From the NCBI GenBank assembly GCA_001244265.2, contig CDLV01000008.1, positions 620,001 through 684,000 of the forward strand: a stretch of 64,000 bases of DNA. The letters run 5' to 3'. The notes under the pieces were generated by a model. The model did no database searches. It was not told the DNA's origin and saw only the letters and a program-made list of their open reading frames with translations. The position numbers and the translations under genes were made by a program. Shown in pieces: positions 24,803 to 38,226 of the stretch; the stretch's first letter is position 1; each line of letters starts with the position of its first letter. This DNA comes from Microbotryum violaceum (taxonomy: Eukaryota).

Positions 24803-27742
24803 TCACTCTTCAACCTCGAGCCCGAGCTGTCGCGCCTTGAATCTGCACCGGGGTGGGGGTTCGGTTGTCAGACAAGAAGAAAAAATGCAAGAGCCAAATA
24901 TCGTGTGTTGCTCACCTCGACATCTTTTTGGGTTTCTCGTGGGGCAGCGTCGGCGCTTTCGGCGTTACAGCAGCTGGCATCGAATGGCCCATGACGGGGT
25001 TCACCCGAGGGGGCGCCCGCTCGACCACGTTACTGAGTGCTTCGACTTTGGCCGCGACCTTGTCCTCTCGAGCGAGTTCTTCCTGCGCAAATGTGTCCAA
25101 ACTCTCCCCCTTGGCGAGTTTCTCCAACGCGATCCCCACCCTCTCCCTTTCCTCGGCCGTCATGCCATCATCGTCGCCTTCGCTGTCGTCCTTGCTTCGA
25201 TCAGGGTGAATCGACTTGGCCAACAAATCAGGGATGATCATTCTTGTCGCTTCCAATCGACCGTTTCTGAATCTTGATCCGCTGACCCCACCTCCACCAG
25301 CCTGACGTCCTTGCATCGTCGCTTCGACGGGGACGGTTTCTTGCTGCCATGCGTCGTAGCTCGCCGCATCTCGATCCCCACCGAGGGGACCAGTCCCCGC
25401 CCCAGCTCCCAACCCTTGGCGTCGCTCGTGGTAGGCCAGTGCGATCTCGCGCTGGTGCAACGCGGCGTCGATGTCGACGTCAAAGTCATCGTCGTCGTCG
25501 TCGTCGTCGTCCGAACCGTAGAAACCGGACGAGGACGAACCAGAGTCGTGGGACGAAGCCAACGAGGGTTGACGCGGGAGATCATCCTCGTCCTCATCGT
25601 CGATCTGACCCTCATCTTCGTCGGCTTCGTCGAAGATCTCGGAGATGGACGCTGTGCCAGGCTCATCCGTGGCCTTCCTCGAACCGAACGAGACGGTGTG
25701 GATCGGCGTCGGTGTTGGTGTCGCTCCATTCATGCTAGCTCTTGTCGCGCTGCTCGTAGCTATAGGCCTTGGGGGGAACTCGACGACTTTGGGCGGCTTC
25801 GCCATTGTCTTGACGTATCCCATTGCTTCATTCTTGGGCTTGTCCACCTCTGAGTCCGGAGCGCGATCTCGCCGCAAGCCACGATTGCCGGAAAGGCTGG
25901 GAAAACTCGGTGGCTTCACCTTCCTTTCTACCACTTTTTCCTTGATTGGTCGTTCGAACTTGTCCTTGACCGCAGGCTTTGTCGCAGCATCAGTGGGGTC
26001 GTCGTCTGCCGCTGACACCGACCCAGGCGGTGGAGGCAAAACGATGGCGGGTTTGCGTGTCTTGTTCTCCCGCTCGGGTTGCTGTTGAACCTGCAGCAAG
26101 TCGAAAGCAACTTTTTTGGGCGCAGATAAAGGGACGGGGGAGCCTGATCGCGGCGTGCCTCCGACGGTGGGCGTTCCCGGTGCGGACGGGGGTGGGGTAG
26201 GCCTATAAATAGATTTTGAAGGCTCGAGCGAATGGTGTAATGGTTCGTGGGAAGGAACGTCTTGCTCCGGGTTACTTTTTGGTGGTACTGTAGGGTCGGT
26301 GAGCTTGGTCTGAGCCGGTGCGGGCCTGGCCTTGGGCTTCGGTTTTGGGTTAAGGAAACCCGACGAGAAGCCTTTGCCCGCAAGAAAGCTTTTCGGCTTC
26401 GAAGCCGAGGCGACGGGCGTGGGCGCTGGTGCCATGTCGGCCGGAGGGGAAGGTCTGGGCAAAGCAGCCGAGTCGGATGTCCGTGCTGGCTTAGGGATCG
26501 GAGTAGACTGCGCGTCGAAAGACGGCGGCTCGGGTGATGTTGGCTCGGCGATCACCTCGTCACGTTGCTCGGCTTCGAGGGCGTCGAAAATCGCCTGTAT
26601 GTCCAGCTTGGAGGTCGAAGCGATTGCATCTGTCGTTGGTGTGTTTTTTGAAGATGTTTGAACCGACTCTTGTGGCCGAGGTGTTGTCGTTGTCGCATTG
26701 AGTGGGCCTGATGTTTGGTCGAGGGGAAGAAACAAAGCTTGAGCCGGCGAGGGACGACGGCAATCCCTTGTGCTCCTCGGGACTGACGTATGATTTGTTT
26801 ACCGCCCTTCTTGATCAGGTATCGCATTTGGACCGGCTTTTCGACTTGCTTCTCCTTGCCCTTGGCGGACGTGGTCGGTGCTTCGGCGAGGCTTTCTTCC
26901 GCGGGCAGCTCCTCGCGAATGTCAAATACGGGCAGACCTTCGTCATTGATGACCTGCGTGTGTATTGTGTCTTGATCAGCTCCAAGGCCAATGATCTATG
27001 TTGCCACGAATGTGGCTCACTTCGCCTCGTTCGTTGAAGGACCAATTGTCTTCTTGCGATGCTCCGCCAGCTCGGGCAGCACGCTGACGGACTAGTTCGG
27101 CCTGTTGCGCCGATATGTCGGCTTCGAGCGCAGCAATGTCCTGCTCCATAGCTGCGAGAGTTACAAGATGATGAGCGGGTTGTATTCCTCTTCCCGTCCC
27201 CGATCAAGCTTGGCGAACCTTGTTTCTTGATCAGGGCCGAAGCTCTCGCTTGCTTCGCACTTCGCAAGACGGGGTCACCACCTACGCCAGCGCTCGACTT
27301 GATTGCAGACGCGGACGAGGTCGAAGCGAGGGGGACAGGCTCGGCGATGTCGTTGGTGTGGACTAGTTGACCGGGGAAGTAGGCCAGCGGACCAAAGGGT
27401 ATCTAGATCCGGAGCACGAAGGGCAGAAAGGTCAGCTCTCCCTTTGCCTTCGTTCCCCACAAGCTGGACGACAGCCGCGAGAGACAGGTCGAGCTGACTG
27501 ACGAACGCATCCCACACGGGTTCGTCGGTGATGGTCTCTAGTTTGATGAGGAGCTTTTCGTACTGCTGCAGGTTCGCGCGGAGAGTTGCGAGACGGTGTT
27601 CCAGTGCCAACACGGACGGTGACGACGACGACGACGATCCGGCTGCGAGCGTACCACTGCCGACGGTCAAAGGGATCAGCGACGAGGACGGCACCGGTGA
27701 CGAGTCCTTGGATGATGGTGACCAGTTGTGGGAGCCCGACAT
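24803..27742 (-). CDS. BUD27: Unconventional prefoldin RPB5 interactor Bud27/URI-like
   Basis: N-terminal prefoldin-alpha segment LETITDEPVWDAF|IPFGPLAYFPGQLVHTNDI, then NDEGLPVFDIREE, an acidic tract, HQREIALAYHERR, and C-terminal KPKKMSR|FKARQLG. Confidence 0.8.
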
Positions 27743-27947
27743 GACGACTGCAGTTTCGAGTAGGAGCAGCAGCCCGAGTCAAGGTTCAAGGTTCAACGTT
27801 CAACGTTCAACGCCGACAGCGGTCGAGCGATCTCGCCGTGAAGACGCTGACACGGCAGTGACACCGCGCGCGCAAGTGCAAGTCGGCAATTGAGGCCACT
27901 TAGTACTCCTCGGATGACGGCATGCACCGACTTGAAGCTAATTAATA

Positions 27948-29930
27948 CCAGTGGGAACCCGTTAAATTAACGGGAGGATGAAATTCAAATAGCAGGATAA
28001 TTGTACAGTCTACGCGATTTCAGGTTAAAAACCCCAATACGAAGAAGAAACAAAATCCATCCATCCTACATTCATCGCCAAAACAGCCTGCATGTCGCTT
28101 GCTGCCAGACTTGGCTTCAAACACTCGTGCAATGAGATCCGGACGGTTGCATGCTTTGTCGTTCGGCCCCAGTGCAGCCTTGGTTTGTGGTGATTCAGGA
28201 ACGCACGTCATCGTGATGAGCAGCGGAGGCTTTCCATGTTTGACAACGCACGCCATCGCATCCTGGTATCGCTGCATGATGTCGCGCGGTCTATTCTTGA
28301 ACATCGAGCCCAAAGTCATCGAGCGTCCAATTTGGTCCGGGGTTAAGCCGTTGATGCCTTGGGTCGTGGTGAGGCGTAGGTTTTCTTAATGCAACTGGAT
28401 GTAGTTGAGTCGATCGGCCTCAGCCTGGGAGTATCTTTCGATCACGAACGCCGGGAAGGGACGTCGAGTGCCATGCGGGCTTGTCGCGTTTGTGCAAGTA
28501 GAACGCAAAGGATTTATGAACGCGAGACTCACCACCTTGACCCCCTTTACTTGACCTTCGTCGTAGGTGTTCAAACATTCAATATCAGTCTGTGCTCGCG
28601 CCTTAACAGAATGGGAACACCCGAGGAGGAGCCAAAGATGCTTATGTTCACCATCACCGTTCTTTTTGTCCCCTTCCTCCTCGTCCTCACCTTCTTTGTT
28701 GCTGTCTTTTGGCGAAGAGTGGCCCAACTCGATCGAACCGCAAAGAGGAATGTTGGGGTGGAAGCCATCTTCCCCCGCGGGGAAGAGTAGTGGGTACCGG
28801 AGAGGCATCGCAGACGGATGGAGCGAGCTAACGATTTGGTACTTGGGCCGACCATCGGAACATCGATCACCGTGCACCTGGAGAATAAGGTCTTGCGGTC
28901 CACGATCTCCCGTGTTGGTGTCGGAATCGCAGATAAGCATCGCCATTTCCGTGCTTGACGTAGGAAGGTTGTGGGTGCGTCGGTCTCGGCCTGGTGGTAG
29001 GCAGAGGCGCAGGACCCACTCTTTGGCCGTATCCCAACCCGCGCGGGCTTTGGCCGATGCGAACTCCCTCACAAAGCGATTGCCGGTGCGCAACATGGAC
29101 TCGAGCTTGGTCAGCGTTGATCTTTGAATGCGAGTCTCTGCGCTGTCGGGTCCTTGAAGTTGTGTGTTGGTGGCCTCGGCCGGGTCGATCAGCCATGTCT
29201 GGGCAAAGGCTGGGCGTTGATTCACGGCAGGGATCAGGGCACCGAGTCAATGATAGAGGCGGCCGAACACGCGAAACACGGGAGGTCCTAGAGTGTCCAC
29301 TTGAGTTTGGTCCCAGCAGTGGGCAGCGAGCGAAGTAAAGGACAACGCGTTATTGTAAGACCGGGCATCCTCGCGAAATGCTTTAGCGTCTGTGTAGGTG
29401 CATCGCACAGTTCAGCATGTGGGCCATACTGCAGAGAGATGTTGTTGGACGGAGCAACTGACCGCTATCCGAGCCTTGAAGAAGCTGCCGATACTCGAGA
29501 TTGGGCTGGGGAGGGGGAGGTAGCCGCACCTTGCCCTGCGAAAACGTGGGGCTTGAGGGGTTTGAGCGCGATTCGAGCCCGGCGCACTCGCCTTTGCGGA
29601 GGTGGTGGTGGGGCGAGCCCAGCGTCGAGTTGGCCATCGCGCTGACCACGCTGTCCGTTCTGCACAGCTGCACGGCGGGCTCGTATACGTGTCGCAATGC
29701 CAAGATCGGTTAAATTGTTGTCATGACGCGCCGGGGGGCTGATTCTGTTGATCGGTGCGGGACGAAGAGGAGGGTCGAGCCGCGGGGCGCCCAGCAGCGG
29801 GCGCTCGAGCTGGCCCATGGTACGGCGCTATCCTCGCGCCCAAGACTTGGCGAGGTTGCGATGGCCCTCCCTGGCGACCTTGGGACCGGGGCATAGTAGC
29901 GAAGGTTTGTTCTTGAATGAGTGTCACTAA
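27948..29930 (-). mobile_element. Internally deleted Helitron: Rep N-terminal region with intact 3' terminus
   Basis: Degenerate ORFs PAFAQTWLIDP...RTHNLPTS...SLHPSAMPLRYPLLFPAGEDGFHPNIP and QRYQDAMACVVKHGKPPLLITMTC...RPDLIARVFEAK (helitron_like_N). 3' hairpin CCCGTTAA-A-TTAACGGG at 27958-27974, then on the minus strand CTGG|T at 27951-27948. 5' end not fixed and may extend to about 30520. Confidence 0.88.
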
Positions 29931-30003
29931 AATTGGATGAGAGTGGGAGGGAGAAAGGAAAGGTTCGAGGGAGTGGGGCAGGATTATTTGCGTGGTTTGA
30001 TTT

Positions 30004-30079
30004 GTTGTTCAGCCCCTAATGCCGCTGGTCGAATGCCTACGGGCAAATTGGTTGTTTAGCCCCTAATGCCGCTGGTCGA
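30004..30079. repeat. 29-bp direct repeat pair
   Basis: GTTGTTYAGCCCCTAATGCCGCTGGTCGA at 30004-30032 and 30051-30079, one mismatch. Confidence 0.8.
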
Positions 30080-30860
30080 CTGCCGGAATGACACTGACAC
30101 CGCCGGCGCACCGCATCACGTGACAAACGCCAGCCCTCGCCTCGCACGTCAAGCAGAGCTCTGCTGTAGAAGCAATATCATGCAAAGCCACGCGCTTGCG
30201 GTTCATTAAATACCATATGAGTGGAAGCATTGTTTTATGTCAGCGAAAAAAAGAAGGAAAATACTGGGAGCGCTGTAGCTTCGTTGGAACGGCGCGGAAA
30301 ATACAAAAGTCACCACAGGGCTTGTACATGACTTCTGATCGGAACATGGACACCACAGGCAGGTGCGGCAGACACAACAGTATGCTGGTACATTCACCAC
30401 AGACGGCCCGGAGGGCCGCAACCTAGTTAAAAACAGCGATTTTAGGTACATTCCTTAACTCACACTTTTTTTTTACTAGGTAGGGTAACTAGTTAGTAAC
30501 TAGTTAGGGTAAAGTAACTTGATGCCGCCGTGGCCCGGGTGCAGTGGGCGTCACTGCGGGGATCGTTCAACTGTCCAATGCCGTAAACGCCAGCATGGCC
30601 GTCGATTCGATAATTCAGGTGAAGCTGGACCCACTGCGCTGACCCGGATGATTCGTTCTGGTTCCGAGTCCGGCCCGACGGCGCAGAGGGCACGGACCTC
30701 GTCAGACGAGTTTCGCTGCGAACGGATCGGCGAGCTCAGCTCCCCAACCATATTCCATTTCCAGTCCATCTCTGCTTGCTCTCCCGCCGCCCGCTCGGCG
30801 AAACGCCATCGCAGACCAAGGTCGGGGATCGAACCTTGCCGGAGCCCAACTTGGCACAAT

Positions 30861-33800
30861 ATGGCACCCGCTTCGAAAGCAGCCAAGGGAAACGCGCCGG
30901 CGACGTCCAGCGCCAGTGGTCCGTCCACCTCGTCCTCATCGTCTTCAGCCGCCACGTGCACTCCGACAGCTCGCAAGCCCAACAATAGACCGACCATAAT
31001 CAAATCGGGCAACTCGCAGGCATCCAACAAGCCCGTGCTCGAGCCAGGCCAAGAACCATCACCGTCGCCTCTGTTCCCGTCAGTGCCTTGCTCTGTCCTG
31101 GCGTCCTCCCCGAGACTTTCGAGACGGGAGCTGAAATAGTGCGTATGTTCACCTCTCAAATCCCTCTGATGAATACAGAGTCGGATACAAGACCCCGATA
31201 TCCTTACTCAACGAGCGATGCCAGAAATTATCGTTCGGCAAACCTGCTATCGTCAGCAAGCAGCTCTCCTCGGGATTGTGGACCGCGACCGTGACTCTGC
31301 ACCGTAGCCACCCCAAGACCAAGGACCACGAATCCGTCTACATGCGGCCACCACCACCCCCTTCCCCGATCGCAATCGAAAAACCGACCGCACTCGAGGC
31401 ACGCCATTGGGGCGCCGTGTATGCGCTTTTCAGGTTCAGCAATCATCTGCGACTGAACATTCAGTTGCCCCCGACGACGAGGGACTATTGGACCGCGTTG
31501 GAGGTCGAGAAGAAGAACAGCGGCAAGGGCAAGGACTGGTATTGGAGCACGGCCCCTTTTGAGACCCAGGCAGAGCGAGAGAAGGAAGCCGCAGCGAGAC
31601 AAAGCGCGTCGGGGCCAGAGAGGGGCTCCGCAACAGGAGGGGGAGGTGACGGTCGGGGACCTCGTAGCGGTAACGCGCATGCGTCCGGGTCGTCGTCTCA
31701 TTCGAACCCGGCTATTCTACCCAAAGCGTGGACATCGGCACCCGAAGTCAAGATGCCCTCCGCTCTGCGCGACCTCGTCGAAGAGACGATTCGGTCCCTC
31801 ATGCCGTCGACATCCTCGAACTACGCCTCCGGCGCGGCGACCCCGCTCGGATCGACCCAAGATTATTCCGACGACGACGACGGGCGAGACCCGAGCAATG
31901 CCGTACCGTTACCTACAGCCCAAGAGCAGGCCGCAGCAGATGAATTGGTCCACCTCGGCTTCCGAAAAGGCTACGTGTCGACTGCACTCGCTTACGTCCT
32001 TAGGGCGCGGCACCAGGTCTCGAACGCCTCCTCGGACCCACTACTGATGTCGCTGGCTACCCAGCCGTTTAAATCTGCGCTCTTGTCGTACCTGCATCTA
32101 CACGTCTCGGAAGACGACTTACCGGAGAGGTTCCGATCCTCCAAGCCCGCCGATTCGAATGCGCGCATCGCGACAAGCCATGGATCTGATGCGCTGGGGA
32201 GGTTATGGAAAGCCGAAGCGCTCGCCAAGGACGTCGGCATCCCCGTTCCGATGGCAGTCAAGCTGCTCGAAGAATGTGCAGGAGAGGAAGGCAAGGTTAT
32301 TGAGTTATTGTCAAGAAAGCTCAATGGGTGGGCGCAGACATTCGACATCGACGATGACGAGACCGACGAGATTGACTTGGAGCAGGTCGTACGATTGAGC
32401 GAAGAGCACGTCAAGCAGGGCTGGAGCCAGGTCTTAACCGCAAAAGAGAGGGAACCGCTGCAAGAAAGGCGTAAGGATGAGCTTATGGGACTGGAAGGCA
32501 TCTTCGGGGATCGATTCAGGAAGACTGACTTGGGGTGCGAGATCCTCGTCTCATCACTTAAGCCGAGGAGGCAAGGCACGACGCCGACCGACCAGGTTAT
32601 ACTGCGCGTTCTCTTCCATCCGGCATCCCTCTACCCATCCCCCTCGAGCGATCCGGACACGTCGTCACCGCACCTTCCTACGTTCTACGTGTACTCGTCG
32701 ACGCTCCCGGCTTTTATCCGGTTGCACCTGACAGCGTTGATTGCGCAGCAGTTCGTCGTCGAACCTCGAGGCGCCGAGTGGCGCGACCTTGCCCACGCGG
32801 GCTATGGCGGCGTCGTTGCCGAGATGGCCACCTTCCTGCAAGAAAACTGGGAGCGAGTCGTGGATCACCCTCCGGATTCGAGGACGGTGTTGAGCAAGTT
32901 GCTTGGGTCTGCCAGGTCGATGCGGCCCGGGCAGGCGACGACGGGTGCGGACAAGTCGAACAAGTCTCTGAATGCGTCTCGAGGGCGAGGGCCCTCGAGG
33001 TTCTTCGTGTCGCCAGCTCAACAGGCGGAGCTCGTTCGCTATTGGACGGAAACGACGCAAAAGCCGGCGTATGCGGACATGTTAGCCCTGCGCTCCAGGC
33101 TGCCCGCTTTCGACATGAAGCAGCGCGTCGTCGATCTCGTCGGATCGAATCGGGTCGTCATCGTCAGTGGTGAGACGGGTTCCGGTAAAACGACCCAAGT
33201 CCCTTCCTTCATCCTAGATGACGCGATCGCGAGGGGCCAGGCGGGGTCGATCAACATAATCGTGACGCAGCCGCGTCGAATCTCCGCCATTGGCGTCGCG
33301 ACCCGTGTCGCTGCCGAACGGCTCGAAGACATCAACGACATCTCGTCGCGCAAGCTGATTGGGTACGCGATCAGAGGCGAACGCAAAGCGGCGAAGGACT
33401 GCCGTATGCTCTTCTGTACGACCGGTGTTGTGCTCGCGCGACTGTCGAGGGGTGGCGATCCAGATCTTGCTGGCATCAGTCACATTTTTATCGACGAAGT
33501 ACACGAGCGATCGGTCGACTCTGATTTTTTATTGCTCGAGTTGAGGGACCTGTTGAAGCGGAATACCAAAATCAAGGTTGTTCTCATGAGTGCGACGATC
33601 AATCAGAAGCAATTTTCGGACTACTATGGCGGCGCCCCCTGCATCGAGATACCCGGGTCAGTTGAGTAGAGTCGTGCTGCAGGCATCCAAGAGCTGACCT
33701 GCTTTGTTTTGGATACTGTGACGACAGATTCACGCATCCCGTCCAGGACTACTACCTGGAAGAGATTGTGCCTCACCTCCGAAACTTTTCGCCTGCGGGC

Positions 33801-35824
33801 AAGCCGACCCGCAAGGCGACGCAGGCGCAGCTCGACCGTATGCGCGATTCCTTCATCTCTCGCGGCGTCGACAACGAACGGCACCTTTCGACAATCGAGA
33901 CGTTGACCCGTTCGGAACGCATCGACTTTGGCCTCGTCGGGGCTACGGTCGCCTACTGCCTCGAAAAGTCACGCGATATTGGAGGAGACGTGCTCGTCTT
34001 TATGACCGGTGTACTCGAAATTAAGAACGCCGTCAAGGCGATCGAGGGCGCCATCTCGTCATCAGATAGAGTCGAAGTCTTTCCCTTGCACGCCAACTTG
34101 ACCTCGGCGGAGCAAACCTCGGTCTTTCGCAAGACCAAAGCGGGGCACAGGAAAGTAGTCGTCGCAACCAACGTCGCGGAAACTTCCATCACGATCGATG
34201 GGATCGTGTACGTTGTCGACTGCGGCCGCGTCAAAGAGAACCAATTCGACCCCGATACGAGTGTGACCAAACTCGTCGAGGCGTGGACGAGTAAAGCCAG
34301 TTCGAGGCAGCGACGAGGTCGAGCTGGTCGAACGCGGCCCGGACAATGCTTTAAGCTCTTCAGTCATTACACCGAGGATACGGCAATGGCGAATTATCCG
34401 ACGCCGGAAATGGTCAGGATTCCGCTCGAGTCGCTCTGCTTGCAGATCAAGGCGATGCGCGCCGATGAGGACGTCAAGACCTTCCTGGCCAAGGCGCTCA
34501 GCCCACCGGATGTGCGAGCGATCGACAGTGCATGGGCCACGCTCAGGTTGCTGGGTGCGATAGAGGAGGGAGGGGGGACGAAGTCGAGGTTGACGCCGCT
34601 GGGGATGCATTTGGCCATGCTGCCGCTCGATCTGCGGCTGGGCAAGATGCTCGTCCTCGCTGCCATCTTTAAGTGCCTCGATCCAATCTTGACCGTTGCC
34701 GCGCTCTTGTCGAGCAAGTCGCTCTTTAACCTACCTTTTGAGAAGCGAGACGAAGCCCAGAAGTACGTGTGCTCGTTACGAAATTGGTCATCGAACAGCA
34801 CTGATAAAAACTTCGATCTGAGCAGGGCTCGATCGATGTTTTACACGGGCCGTTCCGATCTTCTGTCGGACATCAAGGCCTTCGAAGGTTGCATTGCTGC
34901 GCGCAATGATAGGGGCAATTCTGGGCTGCGCGCGTACGCTGAAGATGTAGGCTACATATTTGCTCACGCATTCGAATTTGGGACGACCCCACTGATGCCA
35001 TGATCTCGTTGACCTTTTGCCTATAGAACTTCATCTCGCTGGCGACGTTCCGCGATGTACTTCAGCTTCGCACCGAGTACTTGCACGCTCTCTCCGATGT
35101 CGGTTTCATCCCGTTTCGCACGCAAGCCTCCGACGAGGCGCTCAACACGAACGCCAAGAACGAGAATCTTCTCAAAGCGATCATCTTTGCCGGTACGGCC
35201 CGGCTCGTCAAGGTCAAGTTGCCCCCGGCCCTATTCGACAAGGGTGCCAGTGGTGCAATCGAACGCGATCGCGAGTCTAAGGAGGTCAAGTACTTTGAAC
35301 GCGATGGAAGGGTGTTCCTGCACCCTGGCTCGTTGCTCTTCACCGAAACGAGGTTCACATCGCCTTTTATGACTTCCTTCTCCAAGCACATCACGACCAA
35401 ACCTTTTCTTCGCGATGGTACAGAGGTGAGACGGGATTAATGTTCGGGTATTCGCATACCCAGGAGACTGACGAGTTCGGGTATATTTTTAACGACAGGT
35501 CCCTCTGTACGGAGTGCTGCTGTTTGGCGAAAAGGTCACCGTCGAACTCGACAGGGGAGTGACGGTCGGCACCGATGGATGGGTCATGATGCGAGCCTGG
35601 CCAAGGATCGGCGTCTTGGTCAACTCCCTGCGACGCCTGTTCGACGCCGACTTGGAGGCCATGATTAAAACACCACCCGACTTGGAAGGTTAGTCGTCGA
35701 TGCCACGTGCGGCTCCACGGCCTGGATGCTTGCTGATGCTTCGGTCTTGACGGGTCCAGGTGAAGCAAGCCCTACAGTCAAAGCGATGCTGGCCCTCCTA
35801 GAGAGGGACGGAGGACTGTACTGA
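30861..35824 (+). CDS. DEAH-box RNA helicase, DHX57/DHX29-like (YLR419W/Ucp12-type), with likely UBA- and RWD-like regions
   Basis: GETGSGKTTQVP, TQPRRISAIGVA, DEVHERSVDSD, LMSAT, PLHANL, VATNVAETSITID, QRRGRAGR, LTPLGMHLAMLPLDLRLGKML and RVFLHPGS. Several introns. Confidence 0.92.
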
Positions 35825-35909
35825 GCTGGCAATTTTTGAGATCTGCAATGACTATCATCTCGTCTCCATCCACTGTCAGTGATGCAAGTGTCTTAGTTGA
35901 GCAATGGAC

Positions 35910-36004
35910 TGATCCGATGCAGAGCCAAACGTTAGGACTAATCGTTAGACACAATGAGACATGAATACGCGGGTACACGCATGATCCGATGCAGAGCCAA
36001 ACGT
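35910..36004. repeat. 23-bp perfect direct repeat pair
   Basis: TGATCCGATGCAGAGCCAAACGT at 35910-35932 and 35982-36004, between two convergent genes. Confidence 0.8.
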
Positions 36005-36377
36005 GAGGTAAAAACCTAAGTTCGGGCTCGCCGGATCAGGCCCGTATCAAACTCTACGCAGGCACTCTGGCGCTCGCGCGTACGCCGCACAAACCTCCTC
36101 GGCCGTCTGCCGCTCCTTCCAACTTCTTTGAGCAACCGTCTCGACAATCATCACTGTCAAGCAAACACTCGTGTGTTAATTTCACAAAAAGGCTAGCCAG
36201 CGTGTATGGTCTTTACTAGAACTAAAAGGAAGAAGGTACTATCCTTGCGATCCCGAAAATGGCTTAGAATATACGGGGGAAGATGTGGGCGTGGGTGTGA
36301 TTGTGGGTGTGTATGTATGAAAATGAAAATGAAAATGATATGGTTTCGCCTGACAAGAATAGCTACCACTACGTCGT

Positions 36378-38226
36378 CTAGTACTCCTTGCCCTCGGTCG
36401 TCACGCCGACGGGACCGCCTTGCTCTTGCTCTTCGTTGCGCAGAGTGACATCGCTATGCCTCTCCTCAAAGTGGTGCCCGTCCTCGGCAGGCAGGACACC
36501 ATTTTCCAAGCCCTTCTCTGCCTGTACCCTCAACCTGTGGGCCCTTCGTCCCGACTTGGATAAATTGTAGTTGAGCGGCGAGTCGCGACCACCATAGATG
36601 CACTGCCGTCGGGACAAGGAGAAGGAAGATGCAAACTCAGTGCCCCGCCGCTCAGTCCCATTGCACGGATTCAGATCGAGAGAAAAACGTACGAGATCGT
36701 AGATCAAATTACCAAACAACGCTCCGCAGATCGTACCCACGGTCGGGATCCAGATACCATAGCTGTAGCAAGAAGAATGCCGACCCCTCCGTCAGCTAGC
36801 TGCTCTGCATGGGCGAAAAGGGCGAGGAGGGGTCCAAATGACGTACTGGTAGTTGTCGACCCAGAGACTTTGAGTAGGGGCGCCAACCGCCCAAGAGAGG
36901 AGACGAGGACCCACATCACGAGCAGGATTGAGAACGAAACCAGTCTGGTAACCGAAGGACGAGGCGATGCCGACCATGACCAAACCGAGGAGCAAGGGGA
37001 CGAGACCAGGGGCGGCCGGATTGTTTCCAGTATCGGTGAAGGCGGCAATCGCGCCCATGAGGAGGGCCGCTCCCGAGAAGACGGAGAAGAAGATTGAGAT
37101 AAGTCCTTCGAGCTTTCCGGCGGGTGCGGTCGTCAAGACCGCAGCAAGATAGCCTTTCTCGGCCGTGTTGAGGGGTCCGTAGTAGACACCAAAAAGGATG
37201 GCAGCGGCAACGAAAGCACTGAGCGTCCGTCCACGAGGCAAGAATCAGCGCGGGGGCCGAATCGCTGCACGACCAGATAAAAGATTACCCCAAAAGCTGT
37301 GAGAAGATATAACCAGGCACGCGGCGCCAAGGGAACTTGCGGAAGACGGCGAGCGAGATGGTGACAGCGGGATTGATGTGACCACCCGAGATACCAGACG
37401 ACACGGAGATGGCGAGCATGAAACCCACACCCCAGCCCCAAGCGATGGAGAGATAGTCATTGGGCGCGTTACGAAGAGCAATGACCTGGGCTTGGGTCTG
37501 AGCATGGCCAGCGCGAAGGGAGCGAGAAGAATAAAAGAGGGGTTCAGCGCGGTGCAGGCTCCGCAAGGGAGTGCTTACGGTCCGAAAATGATGTCAATCT
37601 CAAACTTACGCCTTCACCCCACAGAACTAGAATCAAAGTACCGAGGAATTCGGCAAGATAAACGCGGTACTTTGAGCGAAAACTAAACCAAGGATTGCGG
37701 TCTAATAGCGATGGTGGGTAGGTGGTACGTCAGCTACTAGCGGCATGAAGTACACAACTTCGGCACGGCTTGGTGAGCGGCATCCCGAGATGCTGAAATA
37801 CTGACAGTGTTCCTCATCCAAGGAGATTTGTACCCGTTGATGGTGGTGACGAATGTGAGCGCGATGAAATGGATTGCGTCGAACGTAGGATCGAGACGGA
37901 ACGGAGGCGGGAACGACGGATGTACCGGCACCGTCGATGATGGAGTGGGGTCGGCCGGCTTTCGAGGCTAGATTTTGTTGCTGGCCCGTGACACCGACAA
38001 CGTTTCCATCCCCGTTCTCAGCCTCACCAGCATGGTCGTGACACACTGGGGCACCGGATACTGGGGGAGCAAGCCGACCCGAGTCTCGGCGCGAGGCGGA
38101 CCCAGCCGGCGCCTGGTGAACGTCGTCACCTGTGCCAGCGACATGAGAGCCGGTGTTTGATTGATAATGATTGAAGACGCGGTGAGCCTGTCCATTATTC
38201 ATGTCCGAAGTCAATGAAGTGTTCAT
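36378..38226 (-). CDS. Aquaglyceroporin (MIP family, GlpF/Fps1-like)
   Basis: [22 protein letters not shown] and [14 protein letters not shown] (the NPARD aspartate is the glyceroporin signature), with a long hydrophilic N-terminus. Multi-exon; start approximate. Confidence 0.9.
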
